The notes under the pieces were generated by a model. It did no database searches. It had not been told where the DNA came from and worked only from the letters and a program-made list of their open reading frames with translations. From Saprolegnia diclina VS20 (taxonomy: Eukaryota), in the NCBI RefSeq assembly GCF_000281045.1, contig NW_008246171.1:86342-126348 (forward strand): a stretch of 40,007 bases of DNA. Reading direction: 5' to 3'. Shown here in pieces: positions 1 through 11,640 of the stretch. The translations under genes were made by a program, and so were the position numbers. Position 1 is the first letter of the stretch. The number at the start of each line of letters is the position of its first letter.

Positions 1-1574
1 TGGAAAATGAAGAAGGTTTGAGATTGGAGGCACCTCTACACGGGCTTGTCAATGACAGGGGTAGGGCAGACCATGAAAGTTTCAAGCATGGGACATGGCA
101 CGGATATTTCGACTTGATCTATGTATGCAATGTGTACACCAGTTGCTTTTTGGTGCGACTTCGCGAGGCCATGCTGTCTGACGCCTTGTGGCCACGCTCG
201 TGGTTGATTGGCCCATCTTCCGCCAGGCAAAATTTGCCGTGTTCATATTTGTGTATAAAGATACGAGTGTGTCAGACACCAACTGCCTTGTACTGCAAGC
301 GGGTGGCCGTGGTGGCCGACAAGAAGTTCAAACGCCACAAATAGCAGTGGCCACGGGATGCTGTTTCGAGAAGCAGAAAAGCCCGGTGCTACTGTGCGTC
401 GTGGTGATTATTCCGGCACAAGCATCCTCTTCTTGTTGACCGGCGAGAACGAGCCATGCAGCGGACTGATCCGCTGCATTGCTTTGCATCTCGCCAAGTG
501 CAGCCATGGGCGATGATCCATACACTTGGATACCCTATGAAGACGACGACTGCGACGTGGCGTCCTCGCCTTTGACACCTGCGATGCGCAACGTCGGCGG
601 CCACGAAGGAATCTTTTGGAGGCATCGTCGCCCGAGGATTGCTTGGACACGACACACGTACCTGCAAGCCACCGCTTTGGGCTCGGTTGCTAACGCCACT
701 TGCCCGTCGACGGCGCATGCCCATGCCTTTGTCTTGATGGCTCGACTTTGGTGGCCCTTCCTGCACAACGTGTCCTTCTCTTGGGGAAGATTCACCGAAT
801 GCTGCACCAATCCGCGCGGAGCCAAGTGAAGCAATTTCTTCTATTTTCGGAAGTTAGATGGCTTGTAAAATCATTTTCACCCCAAAGATCGCTCGGGAAA
901 AATCGAGTTTTGCCATGAATCGGATCCCCCGACACGGTGTGCCATGTACGCCGCAATAGGAGCTATTCAAGATGTCGGCAAATTGATCGTATTAATTTCA
1001 GAGGTTTGCTTGCACGCTGCGTCCACATCAGCGACTACGCATGCGTCGCGAGCCAACGACAGCTTGAGAAACGACGAAAATTGGCACTAGGTGTACCCGC
1101 CGTAGTTGTCGTGGTGCCAATGACGCTGCGTAAGATGCCGGCTGATGCGTCATATCCATTGTCAAAGGTTTTCCTGCATCCTGCGTCCTTGTGAGCGCAT
1201 ATCAAAAATGGAAACGAGCCCGTGTGGGCGTCATAAAATTAACCTTAGCACTTAGATAACGTCCTTCTTAGACGTGGCGTGGGCAAGGTGCAGAACCTCC
1301 TATTGGTGATCGACGAGCGTCTCTGCGACACGGAGCGCCAGCTCGATTCGTTCAAGCGAGGTGCGCCAACGTGGCATGATGATGATGACAAGTGTGACTC
1401 ATGGGACGATAGGCGCCAAGCGGCCACCGACCAACGGCGAGGGCGCAGTGAGCGGCGCGAACAGCAATCGGAGCAGTCCGAGCATGATGACGCCGTCGAA
1501 GCGCGCCAAGTAGGATGCAGCAAAAGTGCGTACACGCGGTTCAAGTGTGTCTACCTTATTCCATTCATACAAAT

Positions 1575-1991
1575 CTACTCTTCTTGCTTCTTGGCGAGGT
1601 GGGCGGTACCCGGCTTGGCGCGGCGAAGCTCACCCGGGCGGTCAATGTACTCGATGACGGCCATCTCGGCGTTGTCGCCGTACCGGAAGTCGGCCTTGAC
1701 GATACGCGTGTAGCCACCGGCGCGGTCCATGTAGCGCGGGCCGAGCGTGTCGAAGAGCTTGTCGAACTCGGTCTTGGTGCGCACGATGCCCTGCGCCTGG
1801 CGGCGGGCGCAGATGTCGTTCTGCTTGGCGAGCGTCACGACCTGCTCCGCGACGCGGCGAAGCTCCTTGGCCTTGGGCAGCGTCGTGCGGATACGCTCGT
1901 GCTCGATGAGCGACGTGACCTGGTTGCGGAGCATGGCCCAGCGGTGCTCGCCATCACGGCCCAAGCGGCGCATCGCGATACGGTGACGCAT
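1575..1991 (-). CDS. MRPL17: Mitochondrial-type ribosomal protein L17 (bL17)
   Basis: Starts MRHRIAMRRLGRDGEHRWAMLRNQVTSLIEHERIRTTLPKAKELRR and contains R..GGYTRIVK..R.GDNAEMAVIEY, the bL17 signatures. First ATG is at 1991; the ORF track start is a non-ATG extension. Confidence 0.95.
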   Translation of the reverse strand: MRHRIAMRRLGRDGEHRWAMLRNQVTSLIEHERIRTTLPKAKELRRVAEQVVTLAKQNDICARRQAQGIVRTKTEFDKLFDTLGPRYMDRAGGYTRIVKADFRYGDNAEMAVIEYIDRPGELRRAKPGTAHLAKKQEE

Positions 1992-2527
1992 CTTCCTCGT
2001 CGACTTTGGTTGTGGCAATTTTAATGGTGGGGATCGCAACGTCCGGATACCCTGCGTATCCGGTATTCATATTCACACTATTTGAAGTATGCATTCTGAA
2101 ATAATGTGACGAACCCGCGTGGCGGTGCACCCGTGCCCATGGCCGTAAATCCGCACGGACGCATGTACGAGGCTCGCTTACCGTCCGCTGTCCTCTGGCG
2201 AGGTCCTGGGCAGTGGCCGCAAGACGCAGCAGCCGTTGGCGTTGCTTCCAGCGCAAATTTATCGCTTATGTGCCAGACAAGGCTGTCATTTGGTCGGGAG
2301 GTCCTGCGCGCAACATGAGGGCTCCGAGGTACCTACACGAGGGGGTGTCGTCACTTCCAACAGTGTCCAGCCAAGGAGAGCAAGGAGAGACGCTCGTCAC
2401 AAAGAACTGCTGCGTCTGTCATTCGCTTCAACCAGTATTTTACACTGTCTGAAACACTGTCTTGAACATGAAACCGCCAACGAGAAAGGCCGGTTTTGCA
2501 ACTGGCCGGCGCGGTGCATGAGCCCGC

Positions 2528-3193
2528 ATGCTGGTGCAGCCCAAGCCGTTGGTTGCGCGTGGCGCAGCGCCAGCAGCCGTAGCCCGGCCAAAGAAGGCGC
2601 GGTCAAGCCTCCCAAGGCTCCCGTCGCACAAACCAGCAAATCGCAAGAAGAAGTCGACCACGGCACGATCACCGCCTGCGCCATTGCCCGAAACGGTGCG
2701 CGAGATGGCGACGCGGCTGCTCGCTGCGCCAGCCCAAGGCGACGACAGCTGCGGCAGCGCCAAGGTGCGCTTCAACCACTACAACAAGCCATTTCCGATC
2801 CACAACGGCGTGCTGCAGTGGAAGGACATCGACGACGAGTACTGCTTCTCGTTCGTGTACCGCGGCGCCTACACACGCGACGTGCACACGCTCTTCACCA
2901 AGGTTGCCATGCACCGCGATGCAGCCGGCGACGTCTTTGTCGGGCTTGTCTGCACCGAGCAGTACGAAGTCGTCGTCGAGGAAGACCCTATCGCCGGCGT
3001 CGGCGCCCCCGGACTTCGCATCAGTGCCACGCCGTTCATGGCGCCGTCGCACGAACCGCCAGTCCGCAGTGGCAACCGCGCGACCAAGCTGCTTACGGAC
3101 GAGCTGCGCCACATGGCGCCATCCGAGCTCGGCTCGGAGAAGGCGCGGGATCTCCTGCAGCGGCGGGACCTGGAAGACGTCCTGTATACCTGA
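2528..3193 (+). CDS. Hypothetical protein (221 aa), basic low-complexity N-terminus plus a compact globular-looking domain
   Basis: ATG-initiated ORF with strong GC3 codon bias in its 3' half (VRFNHYNKPFPIHNGVLQWKDIDDEYCFSFVY...YEVVVEED). Divergent from bL17. Start position uncertain. Confidence 0.7.
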   Translation: MLVQPKPLVARGAAPAAVARPKKARSSLPRLPSHKPANRKKKSTTARSPPAPLPETVREMATRLLAAPAQGDDSCGSAKVRFNHYNKPFPIHNGVLQWKDIDDEYCFSFVYRGAYTRDVHTLFTKVAMHRDAAGDVFVGLVCTEQYEVVVEEDPIAGVGAPGLRISATPFMAPSHEPPVRSGNRATKLLTDELRHMAPSELGSEKARDLLQRRDLEDVLYT

Positions 3194-3787
3194 GCCATCG
3201 CGTCGTAGGTTTAGCCACCAACAAATACGAGCTAGTGTTCGCGTACTCGTATGGCCTTGCTGCTAGAATCATTGACGGCTCGGCTTTGTGAGCCTTCTGC
3301 TATCGGTAAGGTCGGGCGAGACCTGCGAGCCTGTGCAAGGAGGTGGTGTCGTCGCTGTGACAAGCGTTGCCCGTCGGTCCACCTTCGAACTTCGAAGGCT
3401 ACGGCGCTCTGTGTTGCAAGAGCGTACGTTAGCATAGACATGGCACCGCAATGCCGTCGCGCACGCGTTCGTACAGTAGTAGTAGCCAGCAGCCGCCACT
3501 TCCTGTGCTGTCGATCCACCGCCCTCGTGGCAGATTCAGAAGCTGCGTGCGACGAGCTGAGGCTACGTGGCAGCGTAGAAGGCGAGTACGGCCGACGTAG
3601 CACCTGGCGTCGCCACGAAGTGTAGCGCCTTGCGCGATTGCACATCACAGTGATAAGCGTACTCGTATGTATTCAATACTAGTACCTGGTACTGTGCGAG
3701 GTCTTGGGTCCAAGGGGCGGCTCCAGGATCGAAGTTCGAAGTTACGCGCGTCGATGTTATTCTGCCTTTATAATTCTTCTGCGAGCG

Positions 3788-5671
3788 ATGACCCAGTGGC
3801 TAGAGAGCGCGGACTACGTGGCCCGGTTCCGGTCCCTCGACGAGCGCAAGGTCAATGCTGGCGCCGTGGCCTTCCCGGCGCCAGTGCCAGAGACGGTCAC
3901 GGCGCGCCTCGCGCCGCTGGGCCTGACGTGGGACGTGCTGCCGACACTCGTGCGTCAAGCGCTGCTCTGGGACTTGGGCCTCGTCGTCGGCAACGTCAGC
4001 GGCACCGACGCCTACCTGCAGGTGTACACCAAGTGCGGCATGGGCATGGCCAACATTAGCCTTACGTTCGACGAGTTCACGGCGGCGAACCCGTCGTCGC
4101 AGACCGTGCGATCGTGCCCTGCCAGCGTCAACGGCGCCACCGTCTCGCTCTTGCGGCAAGAGGCCGCGACGGGCACGTTCCTTGACGACGTCATCAAGTG
4201 CGCAATGGACCTCCAGAACCTCCCAGACGGCTCGTCGAGCCTCCTCGCGCAAGACGGCCTGGGCCCGAGCGACGTGCCGCAGCCGCGTGTGTGGCGGCAC
4301 CAAGACAAGTCCGCTGGCTGGACCAAGCTCGCGATCCATACACTGCCAGTGAGCTTGTATCCCGAAGCAGCGTGGAGCACGTGTCCGAGCCGGCCCGCCG
4401 CGCGCATCATCCCCTGCGAACCCCGCAACAACCGTCCAGAGAGCCTCAACACATGCCTGCCGACACCGTCGACCGCCATGACATCGTGGCTCACTGCGGT
4501 CAAGGCATCGCTGCCGGCCAAGGACAGTACGGGTGGTCTCTCGACGACCAACATTGTGCTGATCGCAACCATTTGCGGTGTTGTGCTCCTCGCACTGCTT
4601 GGCTGCTGCCTCTGGCGCCGCCGCCGACACGCGCCGTCGCCGCCAAGCTCGCCCAAGTACGAGCAGCCGATCGTGGACGGCAGCACCGACCCCTCGCGCT
4701 ACATGGAGGCTACGACGCCGCCGTCGCCCGCCCAGCAGCCGCCGTCGTTTGCGCGCTCCGGGTCGTCGGTCGAAGTCGCGCTTCATGAGCTCTACCGCGA
4801 CCCGTCCGTCGCATGCAAGCAGCTCGTGTACAAGGAGCTCGACTGGATCCGCATCCTCGCCGCTGGTGCGTTTGGCGAGGTGTACCTCGGGCAGTACCGC
4901 CAGAAGCGCATTGCGATCAAGCGCATCCAGTCGATCCGGATCGAGATCGAGGGTGTTGTCGAGGCGTTCGCTGAAGAGATTCGGCTCATGGCGCACTTCC
5001 GGCACCCCAACATTGTCGCGTTCCTTGGCTTTGCGTGGGATCTGACGTCGCCGTCGACGCTCTGCGCCGTGACCGAGTACCTTCCAGAGGGCGACCTCAA
5101 GGCGTACTTGCTCGCAAACCCCGTGCTGCCGTGGTCGACCAAGATGGTGTTCGCCCTCGACGTCGCCCGTGCGCTGCAGTACCTCCACGAGCTCCTCGAA
5201 CCCACGATCATCCACCGCGACCTCAAGAGCAAGAACATCCTCCTCGCGCTCCCGCACGCCAAGCTCTCAGACTTTGGCATCTCGCGCGAGCAGATCAACG
5301 ACGATACGCTGACCGCAGGCGTCGGCACGGCCTTTTACTCGGCGCCCGAGGTCATGAAGGGCCTCAAGTACACGAAGCAAGCCGACATTTACTCGTTCGG
5401 GTGCGTCCTCGCCGAGATGGACACCCACAAGAGCTTGTACCACGAGTGGAAGTTCCCCGCGATCGCGATTTTGAACAAGGTCATGCACGAGAACCTCCGC
5501 CCGGCCATGACGGCGACGTGCCCCAGAGCCATTTTGGAGCTGGCGCGCCAGTGCTTCCACGCCGACCCGAACCAGCGACCGACCGCGTCCGACATTGCGC
5601 GCGACCTCGCCGACCTCGTGGGCAAAGGCCGCATCGAGCGCCACGCGTGGAAGTCGTCCGAGTCGTCCTAG
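3788..5671 (+). CDS. Single-pass receptor-like TKL (tyrosine kinase-like) protein kinase
   Basis: Cys-containing N-terminal region with QALLWD motif; TM IVLIATICGVVLLALLGCCLW followed by RRRR; kinase motifs AGAFGEVY, IAIK, HRDLKSKNILL, DFG, GTAFYSAPE, DIYSFG. First in-frame ATG is 3788. Confidence 0.92.
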   Translation: MTQWLESADYVARFRSLDERKVNAGAVAFPAPVPETVTARLAPLGLTWDVLPTLVRQALLWDLGLVVGNVSGTDAYLQVYTKCGMGMANISLTFDEFTAANPSSQTVRSCPASVNGATVSLLRQEAATGTFLDDVIKCAMDLQNLPDGSSSLLAQDGLGPSDVPQPRVWRHQDKSAGWTKLAIHTLPVSLYPEAAWSTCPSRPAARIIPCEPRNNRPESLNTCLPTPSTAMTSWLTAVKASLPAKDSTGGLSTTNIVLIATICGVVLLALLGCCLWRRRRHAPSPPSSPKYEQPIVDGSTDPSRYMEATTPPSPAQQPPSFARSGSSVEVALHELYRDPSVACKQLVYKELDWIRILAAGAFGEVYLGQYRQKRIAIKRIQSIRIEIEGVVEAFAEEIRLMAHFRHPNIVAFLGFAWDLTSPSTLCAVTEYLPEGDLKAYLLANPVLPWSTKMVFALDVARALQYLHELLEPTIIHRDLKSKNILLALPHAKLSDFGISREQINDDTLTAGVGTAFYSAPEVMKGLKYTKQADIYSFGCVLAEMDTHKSLYHEWKFPAIAILNKVMHENLRPAMTATCPRAILELARQCFHADPNQRPTASDIARDLADLVGKGRIERHAWKSSESS

Positions 5672-5784
5672 AAAACTCCCTCAATCAATATATATACACT
5701 ATTTAACGAACTATAATGGTTTACACAACCCTACCCCCGAGATACAGAAAACGCTTTTGTCAGATATAGCCTTGTGCAACGAAC

Positions 5785-8700
5785 ATGCGCCGCGCCAAGT
5801 GTCTCCTCGGCCTTGGCTACATTGTGGTCTCGATGGCCTGTAGCGTCTACTACCTCAAAATCCTCTACCCGTACCTCCAGAACGACCTCTTCTGGGCTGG
5901 CTTTGCCCTCCACGGCGCGCAAACCTACCTCTTGGACCTCTACCGCGTGCGTCTCTGGACCACGTCAAGTGGTGTCATCGATGTCCTCAACGTCTCAAAC
6001 GCCGTCCTTCGAACATACGACACGCCGTCGACGATGCTGGACGTCCAGCCCTCGTACCCGCGGTCGCTCGTGTCCAACCATCTGACGACGCCTCGACAAG
6101 GCATCACAGCGCTGCGCAATTTGCCCACCTGGGCCATCTTCCAGATCACGACACAGCCGTGCTACGTGGACGTCGACCGGCGCTGGGAGCTTGCGCACAC
6201 CCAGGCGCGCCAAGAGCGCTGCGCCAAGAGCGCTGCGCCGCTTTGGTCGCCAACGGCGCCGTGTACCTTGAGCCAACCTTTCGCTGCGTCAACTGGGCGA
6301 CGTTCTTTGCGCGGTTTGGCCCGTCGTTCATGTTCTCGGTGGGCGACGCTGTCGTGGCGTCACCTGGTGGCGCTGCGTGGCTCGACAGTGTCCAAGACGC
6401 CTTTGACTCGATCGAGAGTGATCTGACGTTTTGGTCCGAGCATGGGCTCACGCACTACACCGTGCAGTGGGGCAACATCTTCACCACCGGGATCCACGAG
6501 ACCATTTCCATCACGAACGCTTTTGGCTGGGAGCAAGCGCTCTCAACGACCAAAATCCCATATGCGAGCCGCGGTACTATCAACTTGATACATAAGAATA
6601 GGATGGTCATATGGTGGTAGATGCACTCTGGACCACGTCCATCTTGTACTGGTACTTCTTCAACGACCTCTGGGCCTCCTCCGTTCTGAACGGCAGCCTC
6701 GTGCGCAGTGCACACAACTTTATCGCCAACAACTCAGTCGGGCCGTCGGCTACCGTCGAGACGGTCCTGGGGCTCTACCCGTACACGCCCTGCAGCGTCA
6801 TTCTCCACGATCACCTTGGACCGTTCGTGTCGATCGATATGTGGCTCCTCCCACCGCCAGCGTCGCTGCAGGAGCTTGTCTCGTCGCACACGGCAGTGGT
6901 GGCAACGGCGCTGCAGGCCAATGCCACCCTCTGGGCGGCCTTTCGGCAACTGATCACAGTGCCCTTGGACCCTGTTCCGTCGTCTTGGCGCCTTCCCAAC
7001 ACGACGTACTATGGCGGCAGTCCGATCTGCGCTACGTACGCGGGCTCGGGCTATGTCCAGCAGTCCTTTTCATTTGAAGACACGTGCGCGGCGCAGGTCG
7101 CCAGTTCGATTCTGCTGGGCGCACCAGGTCAGGCATTTGCAATGACAGCACTGCGGCTCGTGCGAGCCAACGACCCGCTCGTCTCTGCGATTTGTCGTCA
7201 GTGCGTCAGCACCAGCGCCCGCTGCGTCGATGCGCTCAGCGCAACGCAAGCGCTCACCGAACCGCTGCGACCGCTGACGATGCCGCTGCTCACACGCCTC
7301 GTGGAGCGTGTCGTGGCCGACGTCAAGGACCTGCGTGTCGAGGTCGTTCAGTTTGCGACCGTCAACGGCAGCGACAACCTCGTGCTTCACCAGCCGCTAC
7401 TGGAGGATGACTTTGCTTTTTTTGGATGGCTCATGCTCTTTGACTGGGTCTACGGCTACCGCGAAGTGGTCTCGTTCCAAGGCGACGTGTCGACGATGGT
7501 GCTCATGTCGGAGCCGTTGCCGACGCTGTCGATGGCGCCAAGCGCCCGCGAGGTGCCCGCAAGTACGTGCTATTATCTCTGGTACATCGCGGTCGTGACC
7601 ACCGCCCTCTTGGTGCTTGTGGCGCTCGGGACCATCGGGTATACGCTGGTTGGCCACTGCCATCTGCGTGGGTACGAGCTGTTCTGTTTCAACCGCGTTG
7701 CAGGTCCGGTGTGGATCGGCCGGCCGATGCTACTCATCCGCGCCGTCACAGCCCTCGTCCTTCTGAGCTCCCCAAGCACGACGTTTGTCTCGGACGACAA
7801 CGTCGGTCGCTTCGTCTTGACCCCGCTGTCGCTCGTGCACGCCGCTGTCGTCACTGGCGAAGCCACGTGGCTCACATATGTCCTCACCGATGTCCTCTTG
7901 GTGTTTGCACCGAACGAAGCTGCGCTCTCGGCGGCGCTCAGCAGCTTCTCCGTATGGGCTCTCACGCTTCTTCTCGAACTCCTCTGGCCGCTTCGGCCCA
8001 CCCTCGTGATCGACCGGACGTGCTCGCAGCGCGGCGTCATGCTCTCGCTGCAATGCACGAGCGGCACCGTCACGTTTGGCTCGTTGCATCGTATTTTGCT
8101 CATCGTCGCCATCAACGGCGTCGCCAGCCTCACCAGCATCCTGTTCGTGCGCGTCACGGCGAGCATGCGGGTGCCACGTCGGCTTCGCATGCGACGCGCG
8201 TCGACGCTGACGTCGGCGGCGGCCGAAGCCTTTCTGGAGCTGCCCGGCGATGACGCGTGGACCATCGACCCGGCACTCGGGTGCATGATGGGCGTCTTTC
8301 GCTTTTCATGGCGCCACCGCGAGTTCATCTTTGACACCAAGCTCTGGATGAGCTTTCAAAAGTCGAGTGCCGGACCGTGCATGGAGGTTGTGCCTATGAC
8401 GGCCCCGTCGCAGACGCACGTGGCGTCGCCAAACCGGCGGATGGCGGTCGTCAAGGTGTGTCTCGGCCTCGGCTACCTCTTCGCCACCGTCGGGGGTAGC
8501 TTGTACTACCTCAAGCTCTCGTCCGTGAACCTCGCCAACGACCTCTGGTGGGTCACATTCAACACCAGTGGCACACAGACGTACGTGGCCAACTGGTTCA
8601 ACCGGTACCTCTGGCTCACACCATCGCTCGAGGATGGACCGCTGGACCTGCACCAGTACGCCGATATGAACTCGTATGCGACCAACACGACCACTGTTAC

Positions 8701-11116
8701 GGTCACCGACATGCTTCCGCGCCGCATTCACTTTGAAACCGCGAGCGACTTGCACGTGGCGATCCTCGGGCTGCGCGCGACGAACCCGTGCCTTATACCG
8801 TGGATCGCGACACAGTACTGCTGGGTCGACTTTGACAAGCGCTGGGCGATGGCCAACTCGGCGGCGCGCCAGGTGCGATGTGCTGCCAAGTACGCGGCGA
8901 ATGCGGCTGTCTACTTGGAGGCCCCGCTGCGCAACGCCGACTGGGATGGCTTTGAGGTGTGTTGGGGCCAAGCGTTCGATATGGGGATCGCCGCCGACTT
9001 GCGCCAAGACCTCGGAGGTCGCAAGTGGCTTCAAGTGACGCAGTCCAACGCCAACTCGGAGGCGGACGAGGTCGCCTACTGGACAAGCAAGGGGCTTGCG
9101 TCCTACTCGACCGCCTGGCAAAACTACAAGGCGGCGGGGGTCATCAACACGTTCAACGTCGTCACAGCGCTCGGGCTCGCGTTTCCGTTGACGCTTCAAG
9201 CTTCGAACGGCTCGTTCCATCTTGGGACGCAGACGTCGTACAAAATGTATTGGAATTTGGCGAGTGACTTCTGGGCGCTGGCCTCCAATGACTCGGGCGT
9301 CACGGGCAAGTCGCTGCTGCGAATCAGCCCCCGCTTTGCCTTTACCAACACCTCATTACTCGACGTCTACTATCGCAACGGCTCGATGAGTGCGCCGCTG
9401 GACCCCGCCTACGACGTGTTTCAGTCTCACCTCGGGGCGTTCGGGTCGGTGGATCTGCGTCATGTAGCCTACCCGGCCTCGCTAGCAGCCCTAGTGCGCG
9501 ACGTGCACGAAGCGCTTCGAAGTGTCTTGATGAATACGACCGACGGCAACGGCACGTACACAGCGCAGGCCGCCTACTCCCAACTCGTGACCATGCAGGG
9601 CCTCGTCGCCGTGCCGAGCTCCCTCAACGCGACCTCGCAGTACTCGGCCGGCAGCAACTTGCTGTGCAACGCGCTTCTTTCATCGGGCAATCTCTCGTTC
9701 GGTCTTTCGGCCTACTTTGGTTTTGGGGTTCCCTGCAACGTCGGCTTTGGCGAGTGGGTCTACACCTCCAAGGACCAGATCTTATTTGCGCTGGTCGCGT
9801 CCGGCGTCGCGTTGGAGGCCGTGACGCGTATACCATCGACGTGCGAGGTCGAAGCCGTGTCGCCCTCCGACTGTCGCGCGATGCTCACAAGCGTCTCGTC
9901 CTTTCTGAAGTCGTACTTTGCACCTGCGTATCTGCAGGCGACTCGGGCGCAGGCCCAGCGCGTGCAAAGCGAGGTGGACGCACTCTCAGTGGACCTTGTG
10001 GCGTACCTTCAAGACGCAATAACGAACGAGATCTCGCTCTTCCACCAACGCGTCATCGATGCCGACGACGTGCCGATGCAGCTCGCCGGCTGGACCAACC
10101 TCTACGACTGGGCTCTCGGCTACCGGGAAGTCGTCACATTTGAAGCCAACGACGCATCGCTCACGGTCATGTCGACAGCGTACATGTCAACAACATTTAC
10201 AGCGAGCGCGGCCGAGGTGCCCGTCAACGTAGCATCGTACCTCCGCGTCTTTTGCCAGTACATCTCGCTCCTCCTGCTCATGATATCTCTCGTCGCGATT
10301 TTGTACACGGTGCAGAACCGCTTCACGAGCGAGGGCTTCAACCTCTTTGAGGTCAACCGCGTCGGTGGCATGGTCTGGATCGGCCGCCCGCTGCTGCTTT
10401 TGCGGAGCGTAACAGCGCTCTGCATCCTCAGCACGGCCGCGCTGCAGCTCCAGCTCACCGGCAAGGCCACGTACCTTCTCTCGGCTCGCCAAGACGTCTC
10501 GCCGTTCCTCGCTCTCTGCACCAAAGTGCTCGCGGCCGGCGAGCTCGGCTGGCTCGTCTACATCGTCGACGACATTGGCATGGTCTTCACGCAGCAGTAC
10601 ACGGCGTCGTATGCCAACAAGGCGGCCATCCTTGTGTGGGCGACCGCCGCAATTCTGAGTCTTATTGCACCTATCGCACACCGGGTTCGCCTGGAGCTCC
10701 ACTGCGCGGTCGACGCGACCGACTACCAAGCCGTGTGTTCCAGCGGCGACGTTGTCATTGGGAGCCTACCGCGTCTGCTTTTGCTCGTTGCCATTGCGCT
10801 CGGCGGGTCTCTCACCATGTACGTCCACGATCGGCTGCGCTACACGCTGCAGCCACCGACGGAAAACCCGTCGTACCTGCTCTCTTGCGGCGCCAAGTAC
10901 CTCTTTGACAAGACCGGGTGGGTTCACGACGGCGTGTACCACGTCGACCGCGCCTCGGCGGCCTTGACCGGACTCCTCACCTGGACAAAGCAGGACGTTA
11001 TCTATGTCTTTGACGTCAAAACGTGGCGCGTCCACACGGTGTGTACGAATGCGTCGATGAAAAAAGGCGCCAAGTGGGAGCTGCGGCTGCACGGCGCCCT
11101 CCCGCTCATCGAGTAA
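5785..11116 (+). CDS. Large two-module polytopic membrane protein (Saprolegniales-type uncharacterised family), about 1756 aa after correction; frameshifted in this sequence
   Basis: Three track ORFs join into one gene after removing one copy of a 14-bp tandem duplication (6207-6234) and a GT-AG intron (6574-6620, 47 nt). Module 1 (LGLGYIVVSMACSVYYLK...NDLFW) and module 2 (from ~8441, LGLGYLFATVGGSLYYLK...NDLWW) share REVV.F, NRV.G.VWIGRP.LL.R and FD.K.W motifs. Confidence 0.8.
6207..6234 (+). repeat. Perfect 14-bp tandem duplication (GCGCCAAGAGCGCT x2) causing a frameshift
   Basis: Read directly: units at 6207-6220 and 6221-6234. Confidence 0.93.
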
Positions 11117-11298
11117 TCGAGCGATGCATCCTGCGTCGCTCTCCAACAAGTCGCCGCCAGGTGTCGTCGTCTTGCCACGTGGCAAGGCGTGCATAATATA
11201 TGTTTGTTGACAATGTGTAGCGTAGTAGTACGTACATATTTGAGCCCTGATTAAGCCCATTAGGCAGGGTTTAACTGACATCAAAGGTTGATTTGCGT

Positions 11299-11340
11299 GT
11301 CATGGCGCCAACTGCAGTGGTCATGGCGCCAACTGCAGTG
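11299..11340. repeat. Perfect 21-bp tandem duplication (GTCATGGCGCCAACTGCAGTG x2), intergenic
   Basis: Read directly: units at 11299-11319 and 11320-11340. Confidence 0.9.
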
Positions 11341-11619
11341 GCGTTGGGCCTTCGATTTCGAAGAAACCACCGTCTTCTTCTTCAAGAGCGGCGACGCGTT
11401 GCTGGCGTCCAAGCCTCGTCCTTTTGGCGTCGGCTGCTAGCTAACAGCAACAACTAGACGCGTGGCCACCTGAGTGCAGTTGGAGATCCTGGTCCAACAG
11501 GCCGATCATCTGAGAACGTCCGGCCTTCGGAGTGGGTAAAGGGTTTAACCGGTTTTTGGAGTGTCTAATTGTGGCCAATCACAGCGTGTTACGAGTCGCT
11601 GCACCGCGTTCATTGGGCA

Positions 11620-11637
11620 GCATTTCCGATTTTGCCG
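11620..11637 (+). promoter_or_regulatory. Inr+FPR-like core promoter of QSOX
   Basis: GCATTTCCGATTTTGCC immediately upstream of ATG 11641. Confidence 0.5.
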
Positions 11638-11640
11638 TCG

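Noticed and set aside
1575..1991. Bacterial rplQ as contamination or recent horizontal transfer
   Set aside because: There is no alpha-operon context (no rpoA/rpsD), and the codon style and intron-containing neighbours match the host. A nuclear-encoded mitochondrial bL17 explains it.
3232..3648. Short ORFs between the hypothetical gene and the kinase
   Set aside because: No codon bias or recognisable motif in either strand.
3800..5257. Long antisense ORFs (also 12022-13200, 17550-18623, 31642-32901, 35350-36408, 36971-38575)
   Set aside because: They are shadows of GC3-rich genes on the opposite strand, with Arg/Val/Gly-rich translations and no recognisable motifs.
6207..6250. Programmed ribosomal frameshift in the membrane gene
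   Set aside because: No slippery heptamer is present, and the exact 14-bp duplication fully accounts for the shift.
11299..11340. CRISPR-like repeat
   Set aside because: Only two abutting units, no spacers, no cas genes, and a eukaryotic context.
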